Assembly: GCA_963841815.1 (NCBI GenBank)
Contig: CAWJEE010000027.1
Span: 52,800-116,799, forward strand
Reading direction: 5' to 3'
Source of the DNA: an uncultured beta proteobacterium
GTDB taxonomy: Bacteria; Pseudomonadota; Gammaproteobacteria; Burkholderiales; Burkholderiaceae_F
Length of the DNA stretch: 64,000 nucleotides
Made by a program: the position numbers and the translations under genes. This document shows, in pieces, positions 42,138 through 51,692 of this stretch. The number at the start of each line of letters is the position of its first letter. Within the stretch, counting starts at the first letter, position 1. Below the pieces are notes generated by a model. The model made no database searches. It saw only the letters and a program-made list of their open reading frames with translations, and had not been told where the DNA came from.

Positions 42138-43115
42138 CTACGGCAGGATCACCGTCGAACCGACCGTCTTGCGCGACGCGAGGTCCGACTGCGCCTTCGC
42201 GGCGTCGGCGAGCGAGTAGCGCTGCTCGATGTCGACCTTGAGCTTGCCACCCGCCATCATGTCGAACAGTTCTTCCGAGGACGCTTCGAGGCGCGACCGC
42301 GGAACGATGTGCGTGGCGAGCGTCGGACGGGTCACGAACAGCGAGCCCTTGGCGGCGAGGATGCCGAGGTTGACGCCTGTCACCGCGCCCGAGGCATTGC
42401 CGAAGCTCACCATCAGGCCGCGCGGCTGGATGCAGTCGAGCGACCCTTCCCACGTGTCCTTGCCCACGCTGTCGTAGACCACCGGCAGCTTCGCGCCCTT
42501 CGTCAGCTGCATCACGCGCTCGACGAAGTTCTCCTTCGTGTAGTCGATCGTCTCCCACGCGCCGTGCTTCTTCGCCAGCGCGGCCTTCTCGGGCGAGCTG
42601 ACCGTGCCGATCAGCTTCACGCCCAGCGCCTTCGCCCACTGGCACGCGATCAGTCCGACGCCGCCGGCAGCCGCGTGGAACAGGATCGTCTCGGTGCCCT
42701 GCAGCCGGTAGGTCTGGCGGAACAGGTACTGCACCGTCAGTCCCTTCAGCATCACGGCGGCCGCTTCGTCGAAGCCGATCTTCTTCGGCAGCTTCACGAC
42801 CGTGGCGACCGGCATGGTCCGCATTTCCGAGTACGCGCCGATCGGCCCCTGCGGATAGGCGACGCGGTCGCCTGCCTTCAGGAACTTCACGTTCGAGCCG
42901 ACCGCTTCCACGACACCGGCGCCCTCGAAGCCGAGGCCGTGCGGCAGCGCGGTCGCATACAGCCCGGTGCGGTAGTAGATGTCGATGAAGTTCAGGCCGA
43001 TCGCATGCTGCCGGATGCGGACCTCGTCCGGGCCCGGGTCCTTCACATCCACCTCGGCCAGTTCCAGCACTTCCGGACCGCCGTGCGCGCGAATCATCAC
43101 CGCCTTGGTCTTCAT
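42138..43115 (-). CDS. qor: NADPH:quinone oxidoreductase (zeta-crystallin-type MDR)
   Basis: MKTKAVMIRAHGGPEVLELAEVDV...HAAAGGVGLIACQWAKALG. The product is 325 aa and has an ATGA overlap with the upstream EamA gene. Confidence 0.85.
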   Translation of the reverse strand: MKTKAVMIRAHGGPEVLELAEVDVKDPGPDEVRIRQHAIGLNFIDIYYRTGLYATALPHGLGFEGAGVVEAVGSNVKFLKAGDRVAYPQGPIGAYSEMRTMPVATVVKLPKKIGFDEAAAVMLKGLTVQYLFRQTYRLQGTETILFHAAAGGVGLIACQWAKALGVKLIGTVSSPEKAALAKKHGAWETIDYTKENFVERVMQLTKGAKLPVVYDSVGKDTWEGSLDCIQPRGLMVSFGNASGAVTGVNLGILAAKGSLFVTRPTLATHIVPRSRLEASSEELFDMMAGGKLKVDIEQRYSLADAAKAQSDLASRKTVGSTVILP

Positions 43116-44047
43116 GACGCCTCCTTGGGAGTTGAGCCCGCCGCCGCCTTCGCCCTCGGCGAAAGCGTCAGCACATAAACGCCGGCGAGGACCAGCCCGG
43201 TGCCGGCCAGCTGCCAGCCCGATACCGGTTCGCCGAGAAAGACGAACGCCAGCCCGATCGTCGCGATCGGACCCACCATCGCCGCCATCGACGTGCGGCC
43301 CGCGCCGATGCGCTCGATCGCGAGCATGGTCGCGAACACGGGCAGCACCGTGCACAGTGTGGCATTGAGCAGGGACAGCCAGTACACCGGCGCCGGCTGC
43401 GCGAGCGAGCTCACCGGGTTCACCAGCAGGAAGTGCAGCATCACGGCCACGCTGGAGACGCACATCGCATACGACGTCAGGCGGATTGCGCCGAGCCGCT
43501 TCACGAGTTCGCCTCCGATCACGAGATAGAGCGCGTAGCAAAGCGCGCTGCCGAACACCAGCAGGCTGCCGAGCGCGAGGCGCCCGCCCTCGAGCCGCAC
43601 GTCGTGCCAGAACGCGAGCACGATGCCGGCGTAGGACAGCGCGAGCGCGATCCACTCGAGCCGTCGAATCCGCTTCGCCAGGAAGAATGCGGAGAGCAGC
43701 AGCACGATGGTGGGATTCAGGAACAGGATGAGACGCTCGAGCGCCGCGCTGACGTGCTGCAGCCCGAGGAAGTCCAGGTAGCTGGCCAGATAGTAGCCGA
43801 GCACCCCGAGCGCGATCAGCCGGCCGTGGTCGCGGCGCGCGAGCGGTTGGGCACCGCGCGATGCCCACCAGTACGACACGACGAAGAACGGCGCGGCGAA
43901 CGCCATGCGCAGCGCGATCAGCGTGAGCGGATCGACGTTGTAACGGTAGGCCAGCTTGACGACGATCGCCTTGCCGGAGAACAGCACGCTGCCGGCCACC
44001 GCGAGCGCGAGGCCGGGCAGGAGCGTGCGGCGCTGGGAGGAATGCAC
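43112..44047 (-). CDS. EamA/DMT-family transporter
   Basis: The ORF encodes a 311-aa, 10-TM-like protein. Confidence 0.75.
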   Translation of the reverse strand: MHSSQRRTLLPGLALAVAGSVLFSGKAIVVKLAYRYNVDPLTLIALRMAFAAPFFVVSYWWASRGAQPLARRDHGRLIALGVLGYYLASYLDFLGLQHVSAALERLILFLNPTIVLLLSAFFLAKRIRRLEWIALALSYAGIVLAFWHDVRLEGGRLALGSLLVFGSALCYALYLVIGGELVKRLGAIRLTSYAMCVSSVAVMLHFLLVNPVSSLAQPAPVYWLSLLNATLCTVLPVFATMLAIERIGAGRTSMAAMVGPIATIGLAFVFLGEPVSGWQLAGTGLVLAGVYVLTLSPRAKAAAGSTPKEAS

Positions 44048-44070
44048 GCGCCGATTCTACGGAGCGCCGT

Positions 44071-44460
44071 TCAGCGTCCCGCGCGCCACGCGCTCCACCC
44101 CAGCAGCGCCCAGCCCAGGAGGAACGCGACGCCGCCGAGAGGCGTGATCGCGCCGAGGCCGCGCACGCCGCTCAGGGCAAGCGCATACAGGCTGCCGGAG
44201 AAGAGGACGGTACCGGCGACGAAGCACCAGCCGGCCCAGCGGGCCGCCGGCCCGCGCCAGCGGTCGCAGGCCCACGCGACGGCCAGCAGGCCGAGCGCGT
44301 GGATGACCTGGTAGCGCGCGCCGGTGTCGAAGATGGCCAGCAGGTCGGGCGCAAGCCGCGCCTTCAACGCGTGGGCGGCAAACGCGCCGGCGCCCACGCC
44401 GATGAAGGCGGAGGCCGAACCGAGGATGACGAACAGGCGTTCGTGGCCGTCGCGGGTCAT
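44071..44460 (-). CDS. DUF423 membrane protein
   Basis: The internal ATG at 44460 gives a 129-aa, 4-TM protein (GAFAAHAL...ARYQVIHALGLL...LFSGSLY). Confidence 0.75.
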   Translation of the reverse strand: MTRDGHERLFVILGSASAFIGVGAGAFAAHALKARLAPDLLAIFDTGARYQVIHALGLLAVAWACDRWRGPAARWAGWCFVAGTVLFSGSLYALALSGVRGLGAITPLGGVAFLLGWALLGWSAWRAGR

Positions 44461-44659
44461 GGAGCGCGTCACCGTTGCCGTGCGGGAGGGACGGCAAGGG
44501 TAGCGCGACCATGGCGCAGCCCTTGCTGGCCCCGCCGGATGACGAGTTCCGCTCCGGCATCGATGCGACGATCCCTCCCCGAGGCGACGGCACGGCCGAG
44601 TTGTGCGCAAGGCCGTGCCTTTGCCATGCTCCGTCCAGCTCTTCTTTCCGGGAACCACC

Positions 44660-45007
44660 ATGAGTTCGTTCGCACCGTCCACGGCGCAGGCCTGGGCACT
44701 GCTCCTCGTCGCCGGCCTGCTCGAGATCGGCTGGGCCGTCGGCATGAAGAGCACCGAAGGCTTCACGCGCTGGGGACCGAGCGTCGCGGTGCTGGTCACG
44801 GCGCTGCTGTCGTTCTACCTGCTCGCGCTCGCGATGAAGACGCTGCCTGTCGGCACCGCGTATGCGGTGTGGGTCGGCATCGGCGCCGCGGGAGCGGCGG
44901 TGCTCGGCATTGCGTTGCTCGGCGAGACGCCCTCGCCGCCGCGCATCGCGAGCATCCTGCTGATCGTCGCCGGGGTCATCGGACTGCGCCTGTTCTCCGG
45001 CCCTTGA
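44660..45007 (+). CDS. sugE: SMR-family exporter of the SugE/Gdx type
   Basis: The internal ATG at 44660 gives a 115-aa, 4-TM protein containing LLEIGWAVGMK and VGTAYAVWVGIGA. Confidence 0.85.
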   Translation: MSSFAPSTAQAWALLLVAGLLEIGWAVGMKSTEGFTRWGPSVAVLVTALLSFYLLALAMKTLPVGTAYAVWVGIGAAGAAVLGIALLGETPSPPRIASILLIVAGVIGLRLFSGP

Positions 45008-45035
45008 TCGGCGCGGGGAGGCGCCTTCGCACCCG

Positions 45036-46582
45036 TTGCTATGCTCCCGCGTGCAGCGCAACCGCTGCGCCGTCCATCCATTGAAGAACCACCTCCGCAC
45101 GATCCTCCGACGCCTGCTCGTCGGCGCCATCGCCACCGCGGCGCTCGCCGCGTGCCGCCCCGGCGGCAGCGACGCCGCCGCGCAACTCGAAGGTTGCCGG
45201 ATCCCGGGTGTCGACCGCGAAGTCCGCTGCGGCACGGTGTCGATGCCGGAGGACCCGGACCAGCCGCAAGGCAAGACCATCGAGATCCGCTTCGCGGTGG
45301 TCCCGGCGGTCGCTCGCAACAAGCAGCCCGACCCGGTGTTCGTCCTCGCGGGAGGCCCCGGCCAGGCCGCCACCCGCACCGGGCGGCAGATGCTGGCGGT
45401 TCTGAACGAGGTGAACGCGCGGCGCGACATCGTGTTCATCGACCAGCGCGGCACCGGCGGCTCGCACCCGCTCGAGTGCAAGGTGGAGGAAACGTCGATC
45501 AGCGCCACGTTCGAGCAGTCGCAGCAGATCGAGCGGCTCGGCGCCTGCCTGAAGGAACTCCGCGGCGATCTCCGGCAATACGCCACCTGGATCGCGGTCC
45601 GGGACTTCGACGCCGTGCGGGCGCGCCTGGGCGCCGAGCAGGTCAACCTCTGGGGCGGCTCGTACGGAACGCGCGCCGCGCTCGAGTACATGCGGCAGTA
45701 CCCGCAGCGCGTGCGCAGCACGGTGCTCGACGGCGTCGCACCGCCCGACATGGTGCTGCCGGCGTCCTTCGCGCTCGACGCCGACGCCGCGCTGTCGGCG
45801 CTCGTCGATGCGTGCGCGCGCGACGAACGCTGCCTTCAGCGTTACCCCGGGATGACGAAACGCATCGACGAACCTGCTCGCGCGGGCCGACCTCGGCATC
45901 GACGTGCGCGTGCCGCATCCGCTGACCGGGTTGCCGGAGCCGATCAGGATCGATCGCCGCGTGCTGTCGTCGCTGCTGCGGGTGCCGCTGTACTCGCCGC
46001 AGCTGTCGGCCGTGCTGCCATACGCGCTCGCGCAGGCCACGGACGGCGACTTCACGCCGCTGGTCGCCCTGAGCGCCGCCGTCGCGGGCGGCATCAACGA
46101 GAACTTCGCGGCCGGCATGCACTTCGCCGTGGTGTGCGCGGAGGACATGCCGCGGGTCGACGCCGGGCAGCGCGCGAAGATCGCGGCCACCCGCTTCGGC
46201 AACGCCTTCCTCGACGTCTACGAGCGCGCCTGCAAGGGCGTCCCGTCGCGCCCGGTGCCGTCCGGGTTCTACGAGATCCCGGCCAGCCGAACGCCGGTGC
46301 TGGTGCTGTCCGGCGGGCTCGATCCCGGCGACTCCGCCGCGCCACGGCGCCCGCGTCGCGGAGCAACTCGGCAACGCGCGCCACATCGTGGCCCCGTATC
46401 TCGGTCACGGCATCAGCACGAACGGCTGCGCGCCGACGCAGCTGGCGCGCTTCATCCGCGACGCCGGCTTCGACAAGGTCGACGCCGCCTGCCTGACCCG
46501 CCTGCCGGCCGCGACGTTCTTCGAGCCGATCGACCCCGTGCGCGCCGCGGCATCGGCGACAGCGAAGCAACCGGCGCGATGA
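45036..46582 (+). pseudogene. Alpha/beta hydrolase with a TAP-like C-terminal domain, probable lipoprotein; two frame switches
   Basis: The signal sequence has a lipobox (LLVGAIATAALAAC). PVFVLAGGPGQA and WGGSYGT (nucleophile) are present. The switches are at about 45868 and 46328. The start codon is uncertain (TTG/GTG candidates between 45036 and 45081). Confidence 0.75.
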
Positions 46583-47340
46583 TCGAAGTCGAACACCTCG
46601 CCAAGCAGTTCGACGCGCGCGTCGAGGGACGGCGCGCGCGCGTCGTCGCGGTCGAGGACATCGGATTCACGGCGCTCGACGGCCGCATCACCGCGCTGCT
46701 CGGCCCCAACGGCGCTGGCAAGACCACCACGATGCGCGTCGTCGCCGGCCTCGTCCGCGCCGACCGCGGCCACGCGCGCGTCGGCGGCGTCGACGTCGCG
46801 GCCGACCCGCACGCGGTGCGGGCGCAGCTCGGCATGCTGTCGGACGCACGCGGGCTCTACGCGCGGCTCACCGCGCGCGAAAACGTCCACTACTACGCGG
46901 ACCTGCGGCAGGTGCCGCGCGCCGACGGCGACCAGCGCCTGGCGATGATCGCCGACCTGCTGGACATGGGCGCCCTGCTCGATCGCCGCATCGAAGGCTT
47001 CTCGACCGGCGAGCGGATGAAGGTCGCCCTCGCCCGCGCGCTGATCCACGATCCGCAGCACCTGATCCTCGACGAGCCGACCAACGGCCTCGACGTCGTG
47101 TCCACGCGCGCGCTGCGCCGGCTGCTCCAGCACCTGCGCGCAGCGGGCAAGTGCATCGTCGTCTCGACCCACATCATGCAGGAGGTCGAGCAGCTCGCCG
47201 ACGAGATCGTGATCGTGGCGCACGGACGCACGGTGGCGCGCGGCACCGCCGAGATGATCCGGGCGACGGCCGGGACGGCGACGCTCGAGGACGCGTTCGT
47301 CGCCCTCGCGTACCCGGCGCACGGGGAACCGACCGCATGA
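46579..47340 (+). CDS. ABC transporter ATP-binding protein (NatA-like)
   Basis: Walker A (GPNGAGKTT), the signature (FSTGERMK) and Walker B (LILDEPTNGLD) are present. There are ATGA overlaps at both ends. Confidence 0.9.
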   Translation: MIEVEHLAKQFDARVEGRRARVVAVEDIGFTALDGRITALLGPNGAGKTTTMRVVAGLVRADRGHARVGGVDVAADPHAVRAQLGMLSDARGLYARLTARENVHYYADLRQVPRADGDQRLAMIADLLDMGALLDRRIEGFSTGERMKVALARALIHDPQHLILDEPTNGLDVVSTRALRRLLQHLRAAGKCIVVSTHIMQEVEQLADEIVIVAHGRTVARGTAEMIRATAGTATLEDAFVALAYPAHGEPTA

Positions 47341-48508
47341 CCGCGTGGATCGTCTTCCGCAAGGAACTCACCGACGCGTTGCGCGACCGGCGGACGTGGA
47401 TGGTCGTCCTGGTCAGCTCGATCCTCGCCGGGCCGATCTCGCTGCTGCTGCTGTCGAAGTTCGTGGCGAGCGTCGAGGAGAACGTCGCCCGGCGCGAAGT
47501 CTTTCTCGCCGGCGGCGCTGCGGCGCCGACGCTGGCCAACTTCATCCAGCGCGCGGGCGGGACCGTGAAGGAGGCTCCCGCCGACTTCCGCGAACTGGTG
47601 CGCTCGGGCGAACTGCAGAACGCGGTCGTCGTCGTGCCGCCGGACTTCGAAGCGAGGCTCGGGCGCGGGGAGTCCGATCCGCCTCGACGTGGTGTTCGAC
47701 GACACGTCGAGCCGCAGCCAGGGCCCGGCGCGCGCAACGGTCGGCATGCTGCGCGCGTTCGGCCGCGAACTCGGCAGCCAGCGCCTGATCGCGCGCGGCG
47801 TCGGGCTGCAGGTGCTCAGTCCGGTGGATGTCGAGGAGATCAACCTGGCGGCCGGCAAGTCGCGCGGCGCGCAGCTGCTGTTCCTCGTCCCGTGGCTCGC
47901 GCTGCTCGGCGCGGTGGTCGGGCGCGATCAGCGTCGCCATCGACGTCACGGCGGGCGAGCGCGAGCGCGGATCGCTGGAGCCGCTGCTGATGAACCCGGT
48001 GTCGACGCCGGCGATCGTGCTCGGCAAGTGGGCCGTGGTTGCCGCGTGTTCGGCCGCGGTGGTCGTGCTGACGCTGGTCGGCTTTCGCGGCGCGATGGTG
48101 TTCATCCCGAGCGAGAGCCTGTCGGCTCTGATGCAGTTCGGCGCGGCGGAGTCCGCGCTGTTCCTGGCGATGCTGCTGCCGTTCGCCGCCATGATCGCCG
48201 CGGTCAACATGTTCGCCGCCACGTACGGCCGCAGTCACAAGGAAGCGCAGACCTACGCCAGTTACCTGACGATGCTGGTGAACTTCGCGCCGGTGATCCC
48301 GCTGTTCCTGTCGGTGCGCGACGCCGCCTGGCAGCTCTTCGTTCCGGCGATGGCGCAGCAGGTGGTGATGATGCGGGCGCTGCGCGGCGAAGCCGTCGGC
48401 GCCGTCGACGTCCTGGTGCCGGCGGCCGTGGCGATCGGCATCACGGCGCTTGCGCTGGGTGCGCAGGCCCGCCTGTTGCGCAACGAGCGGATCGTCTTCT
48501 CGCGCTGA
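47337..48508 (+). pseudogene. ABC-2-type permease (NatB-like) with two frame switches
   Basis: MTAWIVFRKELTDALRDRRTW..., then RLDVVFDDTSSRSQ..., then SVAIDVTAGERERGSLEPLLMNPVS.... The switches are at about 47672 and 47925. Confidence 0.8.
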
Positions 48509-48582
48509 CGCTCCGCGTCGCGGAGCAACGCGCCTTTTCGGGCGATCGGCGCCCGCGCACCGAGTGACATAATCGTTGGCCC

Positions 48583-49983
48583 ATGTCCGAGCCGATGACC
48601 GCCACCATCCCGCAGGCCGCGCCGCCCGTGCCGGCGCCGCCGCAGACGATCGGCCGCTTCACGGTGCTCAACGAGATCGGGCGCGGCTCGTACGGCGTCG
48701 TCTACTCGGCGCACGATCCCGTCCTCGGACGCGAAGTCGCGATCAAGATCATCCCCCTGGCGAGCGAGGAGCGGTTCCGCACCCAGGTCGAAGCGAGCTT
48801 CCTGCGGGAAGCCAAGTCGGCCGGCGGGATGAGCCACCCCGGCATCGTGACGATCTACGACGCCGACAAGACGGACGAACTGGCGTACATCGCGATGGAA
48901 CGCCTGCACGGCCAGGACCTGCACGAGTACCTGGCGAGCGGCAGCCGGCTGAACCCGCGGCAGGCAGCCGCGATGATGATGCGCGTCGCGGATGCCATCC
49001 ACTACGCCAACAAGCGCGGACTGGTGCATCGCGACATCAAGCCCAGCAACATCTTCCTGTCGCGCGACCTGAAGCCGAAGCTGCTCGACTTCGGCACAGC
49101 GCTCGCGCCGGTTTCCGAGCCGATGCCGAAGGGCACCCGGCAGCTGGTCGGCACGCCGAACTACATGTCGCCGGAGCAGGCCAGGGGCGAGTCGCTCGAC
49201 GCCCGCAGCGACATCTTCTCGCTCGGCACGATCCTCTACGAGCTGCTCGCGGGCCGGCGCGCCTTCGACGGCCGCACCGTCGACGAGACGCTCGACCGGG
49301 TCATGGACGGCGTGCCAAAACCCGTGGAGAAGATTCGCCCCGACACGCCGCCGGCGCTCGCGCAGATCGTCCGCAAGGCGATGTCTCCGAACCCGGCCGA
49401 TCGCTACCAGAAGGCGTCGGAGCTGCGCAACGCGCTGGCCGAGTTCGTCGACGGCTCGCGTCCCGCGTCGGTCGATTCCACCCGGGCCGCGTCAACGCCG
49501 CCCGCGGCGGCGCCCGCGCCGTCGCGCGGCCCGCTCTTCTTCGGTGTCGCGCTGCTCGCGCTGCTGGGCGTTGGCGGCGTCGCGTTGTTCATGCCGCAGC
49601 GCGGGCCGGCACCGGCCGCGACCGAAACGGCGACGCCGGTGCCGATCGTCCCGCCGATGGTGCCACCGCCGCCGGCCGTCGACGCCGCGCCCTCGCCGCC
49701 CGCGACGAACAGTGCGGACGCGACGAAGGCGGAAAGCAAGGCCGCCGCGCGCAAGCGGGTCGAACCCATCCCTGTCCGCGATGGCACGGTGACAGTCGCC
49801 GTCGCGCCGTGGGGCGAAGTCGTGGTCGACGGCTCCGCGCAGGGCGTGTCGCCGCCGCTGACCCAGATCTCGCTGCCGCCAGGGCTGCACACGATCGAGA
49901 TCCGCAACGGCTCGTTCGAGCCCTTCGTCGCCCGCATCGAGCTGAAGCCGGGCGAGAAGGTCCACCTGCAGCACCGCTTCTAG
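48583..49983 (+). CDS. Ser/Thr protein kinase with a TM helix and a C-terminal PEGA-like domain
   Basis: GRGSYGVVY, AIK, HRDIKPSNIF, DFGTA and GTPNYMSPE are present. The TM helix is LFFGVALLALLGVGGVALF. The C-terminus is GTVTVAVAPWGEVVVDG...LPPGLHTIEIRN. Confidence 0.85.
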   Translation: MSEPMTATIPQAAPPVPAPPQTIGRFTVLNEIGRGSYGVVYSAHDPVLGREVAIKIIPLASEERFRTQVEASFLREAKSAGGMSHPGIVTIYDADKTDELAYIAMERLHGQDLHEYLASGSRLNPRQAAAMMMRVADAIHYANKRGLVHRDIKPSNIFLSRDLKPKLLDFGTALAPVSEPMPKGTRQLVGTPNYMSPEQARGESLDARSDIFSLGTILYELLAGRRAFDGRTVDETLDRVMDGVPKPVEKIRPDTPPALAQIVRKAMSPNPADRYQKASELRNALAEFVDGSRPASVDSTRAASTPPAAAPAPSRGPLFFGVALLALLGVGGVALFMPQRGPAPAATETATPVPIVPPMVPPPPAVDAAPSPPATNSADATKAESKAAARKRVEPIPVRDGTVTVAVAPWGEVVVDGSAQGVSPPLTQISLPPGLHTIEIRNGSFEPFVARIELKPGEKVHLQHRF

Positions 49984-50050
49984 CGCGGCATGCTGCACCG
50001 GTGGCGGCAGGCGCCGCCGGCGCCGTTTCCAGCGCCGTAGCGCTCGCGGC

Positions 50051-50486
50051 ATGGCGCGCACCCGAGTCCTCCTGGCTTGCGCAGCCGCGACGCTGGTCGC
50101 GGCCTGCGCGACCACGCCCCCTTCGCCGCCTCCCGCAGCCCACGGTGAGCATCGCCCGACTCTACGAGCAGCCCGCCGCGCGAGCCTTCCTGGACGCGAT
50201 GCGCCTGTACGAGGAAGGCCAGCACGAGCAGGCCGAGGGGCTGTTCCGACGCGCGCTGTCCGACGGCCTCGCGGACCACCACGACATCGCGATGGCGAAC
50301 AAGCACCTGGCGTTCATCACCTGCGCCTACAACCGGCCCGTCGATTGCGAAGCCGCATTCCGCGCGGCCTTTGCCGCGGATCCGGGCTTCCGGCTGACCG
50401 ATGCGGAGGTCGGCCACCCCATCTGGGGGCCGGTGTACAAGCGCGTTGCCGCCGAGGAAGCGACCAGGCGTCCGCCCGCGAAGTAG
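50051..50486 (+). pseudogene. Small lipoprotein with a TPR-like helical region; one frame switch near 50140
   Basis: The lipobox is in MARTRVLLACAAATLVAAC. The sequence continues in another frame as PTVSIARLYEQPAARAFLDAMRLYEEGQHEQAEGLFRRAL.... Confidence 0.6.
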
Positions 50487-50534
50487 CGCCGCGGCAAGGT
50501 GCGGTCCGCACCACGCGCGGGCGAGCGTGCCCCT

Positions 50535-51528
50535 TCAGAAGCCGATCCGGACCTTCTTCGCCGCCCGGTCGTCGGCGATGTCCTCGGGCAGCACCTCGTT
50601 GCGTCCCGCGAGCTTCGCGTTGCCGAACGCCGCCAGCATCATGCGGCGCATCTCGCGCGGCTTCATGCGCCCGAGCCGGTCGAGGCTCTCGCCGCCGAGT
50701 TCCTGGGGGAACGCGCGGCCCCACGCGTGCTCGTTGCGTAGTTCGTCGTAGATGCTCCGCGCGATCCGCCGCGCGCCCTCCTCGTCCGGTGCGTCGATCG
50801 CGTAGACGTTCATCCGGTTGAGGATGGGCTCCGGAATCGAGCGCGCGTCGTTCGCCGTCGCGATCCAGACCACGTCGGAAGCGTCGATCGGCACCTCGGC
50901 GAACTCGTCGATGAACTCCGTCGCCGTGTCGTGCTCGAGCAGCGTGTACAGGCTGCCCAGCGGGTCGTACTGCCCGTCGCCGCCGGCCTTGTCGATCTCG
51001 TCGACCACGATCACCGGGTTGGCGTAGTCGCCGTTGACGAGGGCGTCGAACACCTTGCCCGGCTTCGCGTTCTTCCACTGCGCCGATGCGCCGGACAGGA
51101 TCCAGCCCGCCGTCAGCGAACTCATCCCGATGAAGTTGTAGCCGGTGCCGAGCAGCTTCGACAGGCGCCGCGCGAAGTGGGTCTTGCCGATGCCTGGATC
51201 GCCGAGCAGGAGGATCGGCTCGAGTTCGAGCGGATCGTCCGACGACAGGCAGAGCGCGAGTTGCTTGCGGATGTCCTCCAGCGGCTCCTCGAAGTTCGGA
51301 AGCTCGCCGATCAGCGCGTCGATGTCGGGCAACGCCGACGGCTTGATCACGAAGCGCTGCCCGCCGGTGCGGATCATGCGGACGTAGGTCGCGCGCAGCG
51401 CCTCGCTGGCGCCCGTCGCCGAGTTCCTGCAACTCGTTCAGCGCTTCCTCGACGCGCGGAACGCGATAGACATCCTTGAAACCGGCGATGGAAATCTGCG
51501 GTGCGGGAATCGTCGCTGGCAGGCTCAT
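50535..51528 (-). pseudogene. Stand-alone AAA+ ATPase resembling the Lon ATPase module (no protease domain); one frame switch near 51412
   Basis: Walker A (LLGDPGIGKTHFARRL), Walker B (VIVVDEIDKAG) and sensor region (IATANDARSIPEPILNRM) are present. The N-terminus MSLPATIPAPQISIAGFKDVYRVPRVEEALNELQE lies in a second frame. Confidence 0.75.
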
Positions 51529-51588
51529 GGAACCCTCCGTTGGTCGGTCATGTGGCGTTCAAACGTCGCAGATGGCCAAAGGTATACA

Positions 51589-51604
51589 AGCAAGTCGCTT
51601 GCCA
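51589..51604 (-). promoter_or_regulatory. Candidate sigma-54 (-24/-12) promoter TGGCAAGCGACTTGCT
   Basis: On the minus strand it reads TGGCAA-GCGAC-TTGCT against the consensus TGGCAC-N5-TTGCW, with GG and GC correctly spaced. It lies about 60 nt upstream of the AAA+ ATG at 51528. Confidence 0.55.
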
Positions 51605-51692
51605 GATTCTGCAAAAAGCCGGACGAAAGACAAAAGCACTCGCGGGTGGAGAGTGCCAACGCTGCCGCTCCTGGGCGTGACAGATGGACTCC

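Noticed and set aside
44461-44659. Whether the sugE leader can be assigned to a known guanidine riboswitch class (ykkC, mini-ykkC, ykkC-III).
   Set aside because: I found no pair of ACGR-loop hairpins (guanidine-II). I found no GGGUUCCG/GGUCCGAGAG-type core (guanidine-I as I remember it). There is only a loose CCGGAUGACGAG resemblance to guanidine-III, without its pseudoknot partner. The region is kept only as an unclassified structured-leader candidate.
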